A stretch of DNA of 64,000 nucleotides. Source: Massalongia carnosa. Taxonomy: Eukaryota. Positions 21,385 to 31,957 of this stretch are shown piece after piece. The position numbers and the translations under genes were made by a program. The first letter of the stretch is position 1, and each line of letters starts with the position of its first letter. Location: NCBI GenBank assembly GCA_965645245.1, contig OZ287067.1, positions 3,224,001 to 3,288,000 on the forward strand, given 5' to 3'. Under the pieces are notes generated by a model, which was not told where the DNA came from, made no database searches, and worked only from the letters and a program-made list of their open reading frames with translations.

Positions 21385-23392
21385 CAGTCAGATCGGGTTA
21401 TAAGAAACTGCTGATTAAGAAACCTCGGCTAGAAAGAAACTCGGACGAAAAGATCGGTTTTTTTTTGGTGAGGAATAAGAAACCTCGCTCTATTAATAAG
21501 TTTCTTAACTTTCTCTAAAAATTTTGCGGTGGTTTCTTATAGTAAATATGACTTCTCCTCCGACTTCTTTGAGATATAATAGTCAAAATTCGGAGATTCC
21601 ATCTCCTTCATCTCGAAATCCTCGAAAACGTCCTACATCCCCGCTTTCTCCCAGAGAGAGAAGCAGAAAAAAGCGTGACGCCTTTACCGACGATCAACGA
21701 CGAGCATTACGACAGCGTTACCAAGATCCTGCTGTATCTGGAGTTGACAAGAAATACGAAAAACTGGCCGTTTGGTTTGAAAATCTTTACCGTCATAAAA
21801 TTGACAAAGGACAAGTTTCCAAAATCCTCTCACATAAATGGGCTCATCTGGATACATCTCACGCATTGCTACGCCCGAATCTGAAGAAAACTCGAACTGC
21901 ACATTGGCCTGAATTAGAAACGGCCTTATTTGAGTGGCAACAGCGCATGCAACGCAAAAGAACGCCTTTGTCGGGCGATTTGTTAAGAGAAATGGCCTTG
22001 AAATTTTGGAAACGATTGCCTCTGTACCGTAATCAACCACCTCCCAGGTTCTCTGTTGGATGGCTGGATATTTTCAAAAGAAGATACAAGATTACAAAAC
22101 ATAGACAACACGGCGAGCTCGGTTCCGTCAAGCGTGTGGAGGTTGAAGAAGAGCTAGAAGTAATACGAGTACAGCTATTATCATATGATCAGGAAGATAT
22201 CTACAACATGGATGAAACTGCGTTATATTGGAAGGCTACACCCAGTACTACATTGGCTACGGAACAGCTCCCAGGCGGCAAGGTGGAAAAAGCGAGAATT
22301 ACTGCAAACCTCTGTTGCAATGCTACTGGAACTTACAAGCTTCCCATATGGTTCATTGGGACGGCCAAAAATCCGCGTGCTTTTGGTTCACAGGGTGTTC
22401 ACGCTTGTAACCTGCATATGGTATGGCGCAGTAACAGCAGAGCTTGGATGTCGGGCGATATATTTCGGGAGTATTTACGCTGGTTTAATGGCAACGTAAG
22501 TCGTAAGGTTGTATTGTTAATTGACAATTTTTCAGCCCATCAAAGCGGCTGGGATATCATAGTTGCTGAAGGTGGTTTATCCAATGTTAGCGTTATATTT
22601 CTGCCAGCCAATGCTACCAGCTTATGCCAGCCGCTGGATCAGGGTATTATAGGCGCTTTCAAGGCTCATTACAGACAACGCTGGCTAGAGTACATGGCCT
22701 CCGAATATGACGCAGATAGGGAGCCGTTAAAAACCATTAACGTACTGATGGCAATATGTTGGTGCGTAGCTGCCTGGAATTACGGTGTTACTCAGTTAAC
22801 TATCTCTAATTGTTGGCTGAAATCCCGTGTAATCAGGGCAAAATATGGGCCAATGACTCGAGAAGAGGCGGAGAAATATGGCTATCTCAATGAGACTCGG
22901 GCGCAAGAGCAAGAAACGGAGCAACGATTACAGATACAAGCTACAATACGGCGTTTGGAAGACCGTGGTCATATACAAAGCGCCATGCGTATTGGCGAAT
23001 TTCTGAACCCTGTTGAAGAGGTGGTAGAGGATACCGAAGAGGATTTGGAGGATCACATCGTTGCTATATATGGTGGCCATGAAAGGGAATACGAGACGGA
23101 GGAGGAGGTCATTGTATCACGTGTCCAAAACAAGGACGCTCTACGAGCTCTTGAAATGTTATGGTTATATGAGGAGCAACGAGAGGTCGGTGACGATGAT
23201 TTGATACGTCGTCTGAATCGTAAAGAGTGGGATATCAGGACCTCAATGGCGGTTAGCTCTAGGCAAGCTGTAATGACGGATTTCTTTGCCATTAGGTGGT
23301 CGATAGGTATAGTCTTGAAAATATGCCAAGAATTTTGATATTAGAAACCTAGGTGCTACGATTTTGGAGTTTCTTATAACCCGATCTGACTG
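21385..23392 (+). mobile_element. Pogo/Tigger-like (CENP-B HTH + DDE_1) DNA transposon nested in the Copia 5' LTR
   Basis: Perfect 25-bp TIR CAGTCAGATCGGGTTATAAGAAACT. TA duplication at 21383-21384 / 23393-23394. Removing the element restores the LTR. Confidence 0.97.
21548..23338 (+). CDS. Intact pogo-family transposase
   Basis: Uninterrupted ORF from ATG 21548. CENP-B-type HTH (WPELETALFEW...FSVGWLDIFKRRY) and all three catalytic Asp motifs YNMDET / LIDNFSAH / QPLDQGII. Confidence 0.92.
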   Translation: MTSPPTSLRYNSQNSEIPSPSSRNPRKRPTSPLSPRERSRKKRDAFTDDQRRALRQRYQDPAVSGVDKKYEKLAVWFENLYRHKIDKGQVSKILSHKWAHLDTSHALLRPNLKKTRTAHWPELETALFEWQQRMQRKRTPLSGDLLREMALKFWKRLPLYRNQPPPRFSVGWLDIFKRRYKITKHRQHGELGSVKRVEVEEELEVIRVQLLSYDQEDIYNMDETALYWKATPSTTLATEQLPGGKVEKARITANLCCNATGTYKLPIWFIGTAKNPRAFGSQGVHACNLHMVWRSNSRAWMSGDIFREYLRWFNGNVSRKVVLLIDNFSAHQSGWDIIVAEGGLSNVSVIFLPANATSLCQPLDQGIIGAFKAHYRQRWLEYMASEYDADREPLKTINVLMAICWCVAAWNYGVTQLTISNCWLKSRVIRAKYGPMTREEAEKYGYLNETRAQEQETEQRLQIQATIRRLEDRGHIQSAMRIGEFLNPVEEVVEDTEEDLEDHIVAIYGGHEREYETEEEVIVSRVQNKDALRALEMLWLYEEQREVGDDDLIRRLNRKEWDIRTSMAVSSRQAVMTDFFAIRWSIGIVLKICQEF

Positions 23393-23614
23393 TACAATGA
23401 ACATAGCACCTACGGCTGCCCTAGATGGACAGATCATCTACGGAGACCGTAGATGCCGCATTAGGCTTAGTCCCAAGATAAGATAAGATCACCTCGCTTA
23501 GAAGGGGGTGACCAATAATAGGAAAAGATTGCTACCTAGCAACTCTTCATCACGGTCATACATACCTTTATTATTACATAGCCATATAGCCATAGTCATA
23601 TACCTATTTCAACA

Positions 23615-23626
23615 GGTTATGAGCCC
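23615..23626 (+). other. Copia primer-binding site
   Basis: GGTTATGAGCCC directly after the 5' LTR. This is the type complementary to the anticodon-arm region of initiator tRNA-Met (half-tRNA priming known for copia/Ty5-type elements). Confidence 0.8.
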
Positions 23627-23872
23627 GGAAGGGTGCTATCGATTTAAACGAGTCGAAGCTTTTAATCCGCAGCATCGCAGTGCAATCAGCTAAGCATCGT
23701 TCCTATTCAATGAATCGTAGACACATGACTAAAATCTTTCTGTGTCTTTAGAAACGATCCCTCAAATCACATCAATCAGTTCTCTCTTCTGTACACAGCG
23801 GTTTCTTGTCAGAAGCACAAAAATTGCGTGTTAGAAAGAGCATGAACACATTGATCGTACTACACCGAAGCC

Positions 23873-24418
23873 CTCGGACACCAAAGAGCTTGCTAAGCTC
23901 GATGGTCGAAGGCAATCAAGTCCTCGGACACCAAAGAGCTTGCTACGCTCGATGGTCGAAGGCACTCAAGTCCTCGGACACCAGAAGAGCTTGCTACGCT
24001 TGATGGTCGAAGGCACTCAAGTCCTCGGACACCAAAGAGCTTGCTAAGTTCGATGGTCGAAGGCACTCAAGTCCTCGGACACCAAAAGAGCTTGCTATGC
24101 TCGATGGTCGAAGGCACCCAAGTCCTCGGACACCAGAAGAGCTTCCTACGCTTGATGGTCGAAGGCACTCAAGTCCTCGGACACCAAAGAGCTTGCTAAG
24201 CTCGATGGTCGAAGGCACTCAAGTCCTCGGACACCAAAGAGCCTGCTAAGCTCGATGGTCGAAGGCGCTCAAGTCCTCGGACACCAAAGAGCCTGCTAAG
24301 CTCGATGGTCGAAGGCGCTCAAGTCCTCGGACACCAAAGAGCCTGCTAAGCTCGATGGTCGAAGGCACCGAAGTCCTCGGACACCAAAAGAGCTCGCTAA
24401 GCTCGATGGTCGAAGGCA
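23873..24418 (+). repeat. Tandem array of 11 x 50-51 bp in the Copia 5' leader
   Basis: Unit CTCGGACACCAAAGAGCTTGCTAAGCTCGATGGTCGAAGGCACTCAAGTC starting at 23873, 23923, 23973, 24024, 24074, 24125, 24176, 24226, 24276, 24326 and 24376. A degenerate extra copy lies at ~24523-24565. Confidence 0.97.
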
Positions 24419-24913
24419 AAAAAAGTATATTGCTGGCCCTGAGAGCCCCATTGGTTCAAAAATCATCAAAGCGTCAGTTTCACCCGTGGTTGAGTTCTGG
24501 ACACGCAAAAAATACAAAATCCCTCTGACATCAAAGAGCTTAGTAAACTCATTGATCGAAGGCACAAAGACCTTTCTTTTTGGCAATTATGCCTCCTTAA
24601 GGCACTAGATGAGATCGTGCGGCAGTTGCCTCTTATTATTTAACCGGCCTAAGGCCGGTTAAATCAAATTGAAAGAACCCTGCGCTCAATTTGCTTTTGG
24701 TCAATTGGACCCTTGAAAAAGCCGAAGTTGAAATTCTCATCATGGCAAACAAGCATGTTAAGCAAACAGGTTTCTCTGTTGAGACATCAGAGTGGACACT
24801 TGTTAAGGAGGGACAGGTTTTTTTTTCCTTGTCTGTAAGAAAGGTCACAGATCCACATTCTTTCAGTCACTACTAAGTTTCTCGCCTTGTTCAATTGCTC
24901 CCATTCTCCCATT

Positions 24914-27900
24914 ATGTCTATCATAGATACGTCACATCTTTTGGAGAAAGCCGAAAGATATTCGGCATGGGCAAGCTATACGAAGGGCATTCTGCTCAAG
25001 AACAACTGCGAAGGAGCCATTCTGGAGAATCAATCAGAAATCACCGCTGAAATCACCAAGGTTTAATGCAAGCAGGCTTCGACGCCAAAGGTCTTTCAGT
25101 CAGCATCTTGGTAAAAGAACTGCGTGACTAGAAGAATAGACAGAAGGCCGAGATGACCAAGGCTATAGGAATCATTCACGGATTAGTTGCGGAGTGCCAT
25201 TACAGCCTCATCGACAACAAGAATGCGGCAGAAATGTGGAAAATCCTGAAGGATAGATTCCAAGATATAGCACCAATGAGCATCAGCGACATCATTCTGA
25301 AGGTTAGTTCCAAGAAGATGACCGACTTCGAGACGACCAGTCTATACTGTGCAGATTACGAGAGCGCTTTAAACAAGATTAAAGGAATGCTGGATGACAA
25401 GGCCAAAGTGGATGTGCATACCGTGGAGTTTATGCTTAAGGGAATGATGCTGGGTAACACCAGATGTCTATTCCCCATTGATAGCCCAACTTCGACGATA
25501 TTGAACATACGAAACCACAAACCTGTCGGAAGCAATGAAGACCATTATTGCTTATTATGTCAACATGAAAATCACCAAGGCACTTCATATCAGCACACCT
25601 GACTCAAGAGGTCGAGCCCCATCAGGGAACTGCACCTTCTCTTAATGTGTCAAGAGAAAGAACACTCGTCATTGGCTAGATACTTGTTTGCAGAAGTTTC
25701 CACAGTTAAAAAGACATAGAAGTTCGCTCGAATCCGGAAGAGCAAAGAAACAAGACTACCTCGTTAGAAACGAAGGCGGACTTATCTCATACATCAACCA
25801 ACATTCCAACGACCATTGACACTACAGATTTGAGGATGCATTTAAGCAAAGTGGACGAGGACACCTATCAAGGACCGGACGTCATTATCTGTCAAATCAA
25901 AACTCACTACATGGCATGGAAGGCTTGGGCATGTCAACATAGCGACGTGTCGAAAATATCTGAAAACGCTAGACATAACGTACGATGACGATATCAACCA
26001 CGGTTGATTTTACCATGCATGCGAAATGGGAAAAGCCAAAAAGATATACAACCGAACACGGCAAGAGAAGGCCACAGAGCTCTTTGAAAAGATAAACTCT
26101 GACCTAGTGGGACTAATCAAGCCATCAGGACTTCTTGAAGAACTTTACTTCTTCACTTTCACCTGTGATGCTAGCAGATACACTCATGTCTATACCGGAC
26201 ACAAGAAGAGTGGATGGTTTGATCACTTGTTGACATACTACAGCATGGCTCAAAACAAATCCGGAAAGGCTAAAACTCATAAGCAGTTTTCGCACTGACT
26301 TCGGCACGGAGCTTCGCAGTCACAAGTCAGACGTTTGGTCCTTGGAACAAGGCATAACGTTTGAAACAGCTGCTCAATACTTTCAAGAGGAAAACGGAGT
26401 CGCGGAACGAATGGGCAGAACCATCATGGACATGACAAGATGCAGTGTCATTGCCGGAGACATTCCAGACTACTTGTGGGCAGAAGTGGTTCTAGCCATG
26501 GTTCACACCAAGAACGTCAGACCAGCCAACGCCTTAGCAGGTAAAACCCCGTATGAGATCTTCGAGAAGAAGTCACCTAAGCTGGATCACCTGAGAATTC
26601 TCGGATCTACAGTCTATGCATTAATTCACAAAGAGCGAAAAGGAATAAACAGCAAGGCTGCTAAATTTTCTCCGAGGGCTCAGAAAGGAATCCTTTGTGG
26701 ATATGACAGAAGCACCATCTATCGCGTCTTTATGGAAAAACACTACAAGGTCATCAGGGTCAAGGACTTACGAATTCATGAAGACACCACATTCAAAGAT
26801 GGGACCGATCTACCCACGTACGACTCAACATATCATCAAGCAATGAACTCCAAATACGCAAACGAATGGAGTCAGTCTGGGTAATGGATGAGATCAAAAG
26901 TCTGCAGGAGAATAACACCTGGGATACATTACCTACCAAGTCCATGAAACCCGGACACATAGTCTTAAGTGGCAAATGAGTATTCAAGCTGAAACGGGAC
27001 GTAAATGAAAAGATCGTTCGCTTTAAAGCCAGATGGGTTGTCAAAGGATATCTACAACAATACTGAGTAGATTTCGATCAAACCTTTGCATCTGTGGTCA
27101 AACAATGGCTTTTCGCTTGCTATTCGCGTTAGCTGCTCATCACTATCTGGACATCGAGCAACTGGATATAGTGACAGCTTTTCTGAACGGTCTCATTGAT
27201 CAACTCATCTATGTCCACATGCCGAAAGGATATGACACAGCTGGCATGGTGTGTAGGTTGAACAAAGCCCTGTACGGTTTGAACAGTCTCCGCGTCCCTG
27301 GTATGAACGACTGTCAGCTTTTCTATTGAGCAAATTAGGATTGGAGAAACTCCACGCAGATCATAACATTTTCGTCACACCTCAAGGGATAAAAGGACAC
27401 ATTGTTACCTCTTTCGTTGACAATTTGAACATCATAGGCCCAAAGGGTTCCCCGATGATCACCGAAGTCAAGAAACAGCTCAAGCTAGCTTTCAAGATGG
27501 TAGACATGGGAGCAATCAGCTACTATCTAGGCCTTAAAGTCGAACGAGATCGAGTCAACAAAACCATAAAGCACTCCCATGCGAGAAGGCTGTCTCTTCA
27601 TCAATGAATTTCAGGCCTCCGACAAGGACATAAAGCAATATCAAACCATGGTCGGATCCATCATGTTCGCAATGATAGAAACCAGGCCAGACATAGCTTT
27701 CGCAACGTCCGTAATCAGTCGACTATGCAAAGAATCCAGGCAAAACACATATGGAAGCGGCCAAACACATTCTCAGATACCTTAGCGGTACCAAGAATAG
27801 AGACATCACCTTCGACAACTAGCAGCGAAAATCCACCTGGGGTTATGTGTTCATGCTGAACAATAGACCAATAAGCTGATGTTCCAAAAGACAAACAACC

Positions 27901-28290
27901 GTCAAATTTTCATCAACCGAAGCAGAGTATATGGCACTCACCTTAGCAGCAAAGGAGGCAACATGGCTACGTTTACTGATGACCGAACTCGGATTGATGA
28001 CTTCTGATGACGGATCCCCGACAATAAACGTGTTAAGAGGAGAAGGCACAATTGCATTGAAAGGCGACAATCAAAGCGCCATAGCACTGGCCAATAACCC
28101 CGTATTACACTCCAGGACCAAGCATATCGACATTCAGCACTTCTTCATACGAAACGAGGTGCTAGAAGGAAGAATCGACCTCACCTATGTTCCGACCGAA
28201 GACATGATTGCAGATGGACTGACAAAAACCCTCACGCACGTCAAGTTCTTCTCCTTTATCAGACAGCTCAACATGGACAAACAGACATGA
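24914..28290 (+). pseudogene. Copia gag-pol, multiple stops, frameshifts and deletions
   Basis: gag (AAEMWKILKDRF), integrase (ENGVAERMGRTI, LWAE, TPYE), RT (FKARWVVKG, LDIVTAFLNG, LNKALYGL, SFVDNL, ETRPDIAF), RNase H (STEAEY, GDNQSAIALA, RTKHIDIQH, ADGLTK). Confidence 0.93.
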
Positions 28291-28913
28291 GAGGTAAAGA
28301 AGTTCAACCACGGTTGAATCCACGATGGAAACAAGTACTGGTAGGACTTGAGGGGGGGTGTTGAATATCCAATTCCTACCAGCACAATGAACACCTATCA
28401 GTACAATGAACATAGCACCTACGGCTGCCCTAGATGGACAGATCATCTACGGAAACCGTAGATGCCGCATTAGGCTTAGTCCCAAGATAAGATAAGATCA
28501 CCTCGCTTAGAAGGGGGTGACCAGTAATAGGAAAAGATTGCTACCTAGCAACTCTTCATCCTTAACATCACGGTCATACATACCTTTATTATTACATAGC
28601 CATATAGCCATAGTCATATACCTATTTCAACACAACCACATCTTCATAATAATGGAGCGAGTGTTGAACACTCGATCAGAAAATATTACGTGTAGTAGAT
28701 ATAACATAATTTGTCGAATATGAGGAAGATTTACCTTGCCCTTGAGAAGAAGCGGTTCTCGTTCACCCTCTCAACATCCGAAAACTTGTGGCCTCGGATA
28801 TATCTCGAAGTGGTTATTTGTGTATTGTGTCTAGTCCTGGATCTCATAAACGAAACATGCAAAATTTTGGTTTGCCAAGATTGAGAAGACAGGGGAACCG
28901 GTGCCAATAGCAT

Positions 28914-30800
28914 TTATACTTTCACTCCAACGATGACAAGATTCCGAGGGCTCTGCTTGTATTCAAACACTGCTTCAACCCAGCAGTCCCTTACCTCTGG
29001 CTGTTCTTTTAAATAAAGCCACCTGTCGACAACAATGAGGGATTCCACAACTCCCGCGCTGAAAGCCATTAAGCTCCACGCAATGCTAAGTTCTTTCTTC
29101 TTATCTTTGTATGTATCTTCATACTTCAAAATTTGTTCATCGGTACTATTAGCCATGCAATTGTCAAATTGTTGGCCCCTTTCTGTTTCATTACCAAGCT
29201 TCGCAAGAGCTCCTCGCACGTATGCAATGAATGAGTCATAGCAAGGCTTTCGTAATGATCCGAGGAGAATAGGCTCTCCAGCTCCAGTCCGGCCACGAGG
29301 ACTTCCTCCAACTGTATATTCTTCTGCTTCAACAGGCTTTCCAACTATTCCTCGGTCAAGGAATATTCGTTGTAGTAGAGCTCGATAGAAATGCCGCGTG
29401 AAGAAGGCATCACAGTCAGTAGAAGTCCAGTTCTGAGGTGCTTGGACAGCCATCATCCTCGCAGTGATGTTGAACCGAACTCCCTCCTCGCTGCCATATC
29501 TGAACGTTGAAAAGCGCTCTGACATTGGAAAACCTTGAGGATCACAGGCAGAAGAAGTGCGATCTAAACGCAGGGTTGGTGAACGAAAATTAGAAAGCTT
29601 ATACGTCGGTAGGCCCAGACGTTCCGTTATGAGATTATAACAGCATCCCACCATGGCAACAGCCTTAACAGAAGGGTTCAATATAAGCGATCGTAGTCCA
29701 TGATGAACAAGATTACCGCAAGAATGAAGGGAAATAATCATAAGCTCGAGGCTCGTTGTATCTTCTCGGGGAGGACCTAAATCCGTGAACGTATTTAATT
29801 TAAGTTGCTTATTGGCTCCCCTAGCATGTATCTGATCTATGACGGAGGATATATCGCCATTTTGGATTGAGTACTTAATGTATTGTATGTCTTCCTTATT
29901 TACGGTTGTTCCTATACTGCCGGTGGGTGATAGCAGTTGTAGAATAGGTAAAGGCTTGCTACTAACATCAGAATTCGAAGGAGCATTTAGAGGTAACTTC
30001 AAGGTATTTTTTCCCTCCAATTTTTGCAACCGATAATCCTTCTTGTTGCGCATGACTGCTTCCCTTCTCGACAGCTTTGCAAGTACATCCATATTCTTAG
30101 CTCCATCAATATTTAGCTGCTTGCTCTCTATAGCGACCACGTGATGGCTATACGAGGGACTGGCAAGCGCACGTCCCAAATAATTTTGCCCTGAGCCAAA
30201 GTCAACAAAATGTGTGATTCTGTGAGGGCTAGTGAGTGCAATATTCGAACTCAAATTATCAATATATTTGGCGAAATTTTCAACCTCATGAATCTTCTTG
30301 GGTTTCATGCCAACTGATAGATTACGTGTGAGCTTGATATTCTTGCTTGAAGTTTCCCCGACTCCAACGATGTCATTAATCTTGAACGTTCTGTCCAACG
30401 AGTGTTTGCGGATTTTTTTGATATATTCTAGCAAGCTCACAGGCGGGAATGGACGACCACGCCAGGTGTTACTCTTTTCGTTGACTTTTTTATTGGAGAC
30501 ACTGGAGTCTGTTGATGACTCCTCATGGATAGGAGTATTTTGCTCGAATTGATTAAGCTGTTCTCTCATAAGAAGATCAAGAATATCAGAAATATTATGG
30601 GAAGAGAACCAGTCCCTCCATTCCTGAGGTAGTATACTGCTGTACAAATCAGGCTCCTTGGTCAGAAAATCAAGAATATGAACGCCCCCGCAAAGTCTTT
30701 GAAACAACTCATCAGAAGTCACAAATGTCAGTAGTGAATCCACATATGTCTCCGCATTGGGAAACTCTGGGTGGAGCGGTAGTGGAGGACGATTTGCCAT
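28914..30800 (-). CDS. METTL25/RRNAD1-like SAM-dependent methyltransferase
   Basis: 628-aa ORF. GMKPKKIHEV, SAM motif VDFGSGQNYLGR, SLHSCGNL, VGCCYNL, GFPMS, ESLIVVDR, SPRNL. Confidence 0.88.
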   Translation of the reverse strand: MANRPPLPLHPEFPNAETYVDSLLTFVTSDELFQRLCGGVHILDFLTKEPDLYSSILPQEWRDWFSSHNISDILDLLMREQLNQFEQNTPIHEESSTDSSVSNKKVNEKSNTWRGRPFPPVSLLEYIKKIRKHSLDRTFKINDIVGVGETSSKNIKLTRNLSVGMKPKKIHEVENFAKYIDNLSSNIALTSPHRITHFVDFGSGQNYLGRALASPSYSHHVVAIESKQLNIDGAKNMDVLAKLSRREAVMRNKKDYRLQKLEGKNTLKLPLNAPSNSDVSSKPLPILQLLSPTGSIGTTVNKEDIQYIKYSIQNGDISSVIDQIHARGANKQLKLNTFTDLGPPREDTTSLELMIISLHSCGNLVHHGLRSLILNPSVKAVAMVGCCYNLITERLGLPTYKLSNFRSPTLRLDRTSSACDPQGFPMSERFSTFRYGSEEGVRFNITARMMAVQAPQNWTSTDCDAFFTRHFYRALLQRIFLDRGIVGKPVEAEEYTVGGSPRGRTGAGEPILLGSLRKPCYDSFIAYVRGALAKLGNETERGQQFDNCMANSTDEQILKYEDTYKDKKKELSIAWSLMAFSAGVVESLIVVDRWLYLKEQPEVRDCWVEAVFEYKQSPRNLVIVGVKV

Positions 30801-31092
30801 CCTTGAGTGTAGTCATGCAGTCAGCCAGGAAAAAATTAGTGAAAGTTGAAAGTAGAGATTAAATGATATATATTGCACTAAGTACTAAAGGTGATTCAAG
30901 ATTACTTTTCACATGAAGATGTCGAATAGCGTTTCGAGGGTTGTGTTTATAATACAAGAACCAGCTAGTCAAAAAGGTTACATACGGAAGACGACAGCTA
31001 CGGATGTGCACATCCTTATGCCAGATATCCAGGCCCCAAACACAATTAACTTCACTCCTTGATCCCTTCCGGCTTTTTGTCCTGCTTTCAAG

Positions 31093-31957
31093 ATGATGTC
31101 TTCAAAAGATGAAGATGACCCTTTCCTTCAGGCTCAAGCGTATGTCATCCCTCTCCCGAGTCCCCGAAACCTAATTTAAACCCTTCCAGAGATGTCCTCT
31201 CAACTCTCTCAACAACACGCTCTCTGTTCTCATCCTATCAACGCATCCGCTCTCTCGCTCCGTCGTCATCTTCCCAGGAACTTGTTCAAGCCCGGAACGA
31301 GCTAGAATCTACCTTACAGGACCTCATAAATGATCTCCAAGACCTGATCGACAGCGTAAAAGCCATTGAGGCGGACCCTTTCAGTTACGGACTTGATGTG
31401 GAAGAGGTGGGGCGGAGGCGAAAGTTAGTGGAGGATGTGGGCTTGGAAGTGGAGAGAATGAGAGCGGAGTTGCGGAAAACCGTCTTAAACGTGGACGACT
31501 ACAAACAAAATGGAGGGATCAATGGCCATACACCCTTACTCCCGCCTGAGGCCTTTGATCCAGACACACCCGACAATGATGGCGATGCCTACGGTGCGTT
31601 TGAGCAGCAGCGCCAAGTGGAGATCTTGCACGAGCAGGACGAGGCGCTCGATGGAGTCTTTCAGACCGTGGGGAATTTGCGGCGGCAGGCGGATGATATG
31701 GGGCGCGAGCTAGAGGAACAGGCGGTTATGTTGGACGACGTAACAAACGTAGCGGATCGGGTGGGGGGGAAGATTCAGAAGGGGATTAAGAAAGCTGGTT
31801 GGGTGATAAAGAAGAATGAAGGTACGATATGCAGCTGGCTTAATCATGGTCATAGAAGAGTATTGGCTGATGTGGGGCAGAGACTATGTCGAGTTGCTGT
31901 ATCGGGATACTTATCTTTGTGTTGATACTCCTCCTTGTCCTCGTACTTATCCTTTGA
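31093..31957 (+). CDS. TLG1: Syntaxin-6 / Tlg1 t-SNARE, 3 exons
   Basis: MMSSKDEDDPFLQAQ| Habc domain (DLQDLIDSVKAIEADPFSYGL...RRR), SNARE motif EQDEALDGVFQTVGNLRRQADDMGRELEEQ, C-terminal SCCIGILIFVLILLLVLVLIL anchor. Introns ~31140-31189 and ~31822-31880. Confidence 0.93.

Larger units (their letters stand above)
21340..28632 (+). mobile_element. Ty1/Copia LTR retrotransposon, full-length boundaries, coding region defective
   Basis: LTRs TGTTGAA...TTCAACA (5': 21340-21384 + 23395-23614; 3': 28359-28632), TSD CAACC (21335-21339 / 28633-28637), PBS GGTTATGAGCCC at 23615, PPT GAGGGGGGG at 28350-28358, domain order gag-IN-RT-RH. Confidence 0.97.

Noticed and set aside
21548..23338. Domesticated CENP-B-like host gene
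   Set aside because: It is flanked by perfect TIRs and a TA duplication inside an LTR, so it is a mobile element.
23873..24418. Regularly spaced repeats resembling a CRISPR array
   Set aside because: Units are contiguous with no unique spacers, there are no cas genes, the context is eukaryotic, and the array lies inside a Copia leader.
1..28632. Starship-like giant element carrying cargo genes
   Set aside because: No DUF3435 tyrosine-recombinase captain or typical accessory genes are visible in the window; a boundary outside the window cannot be excluded.
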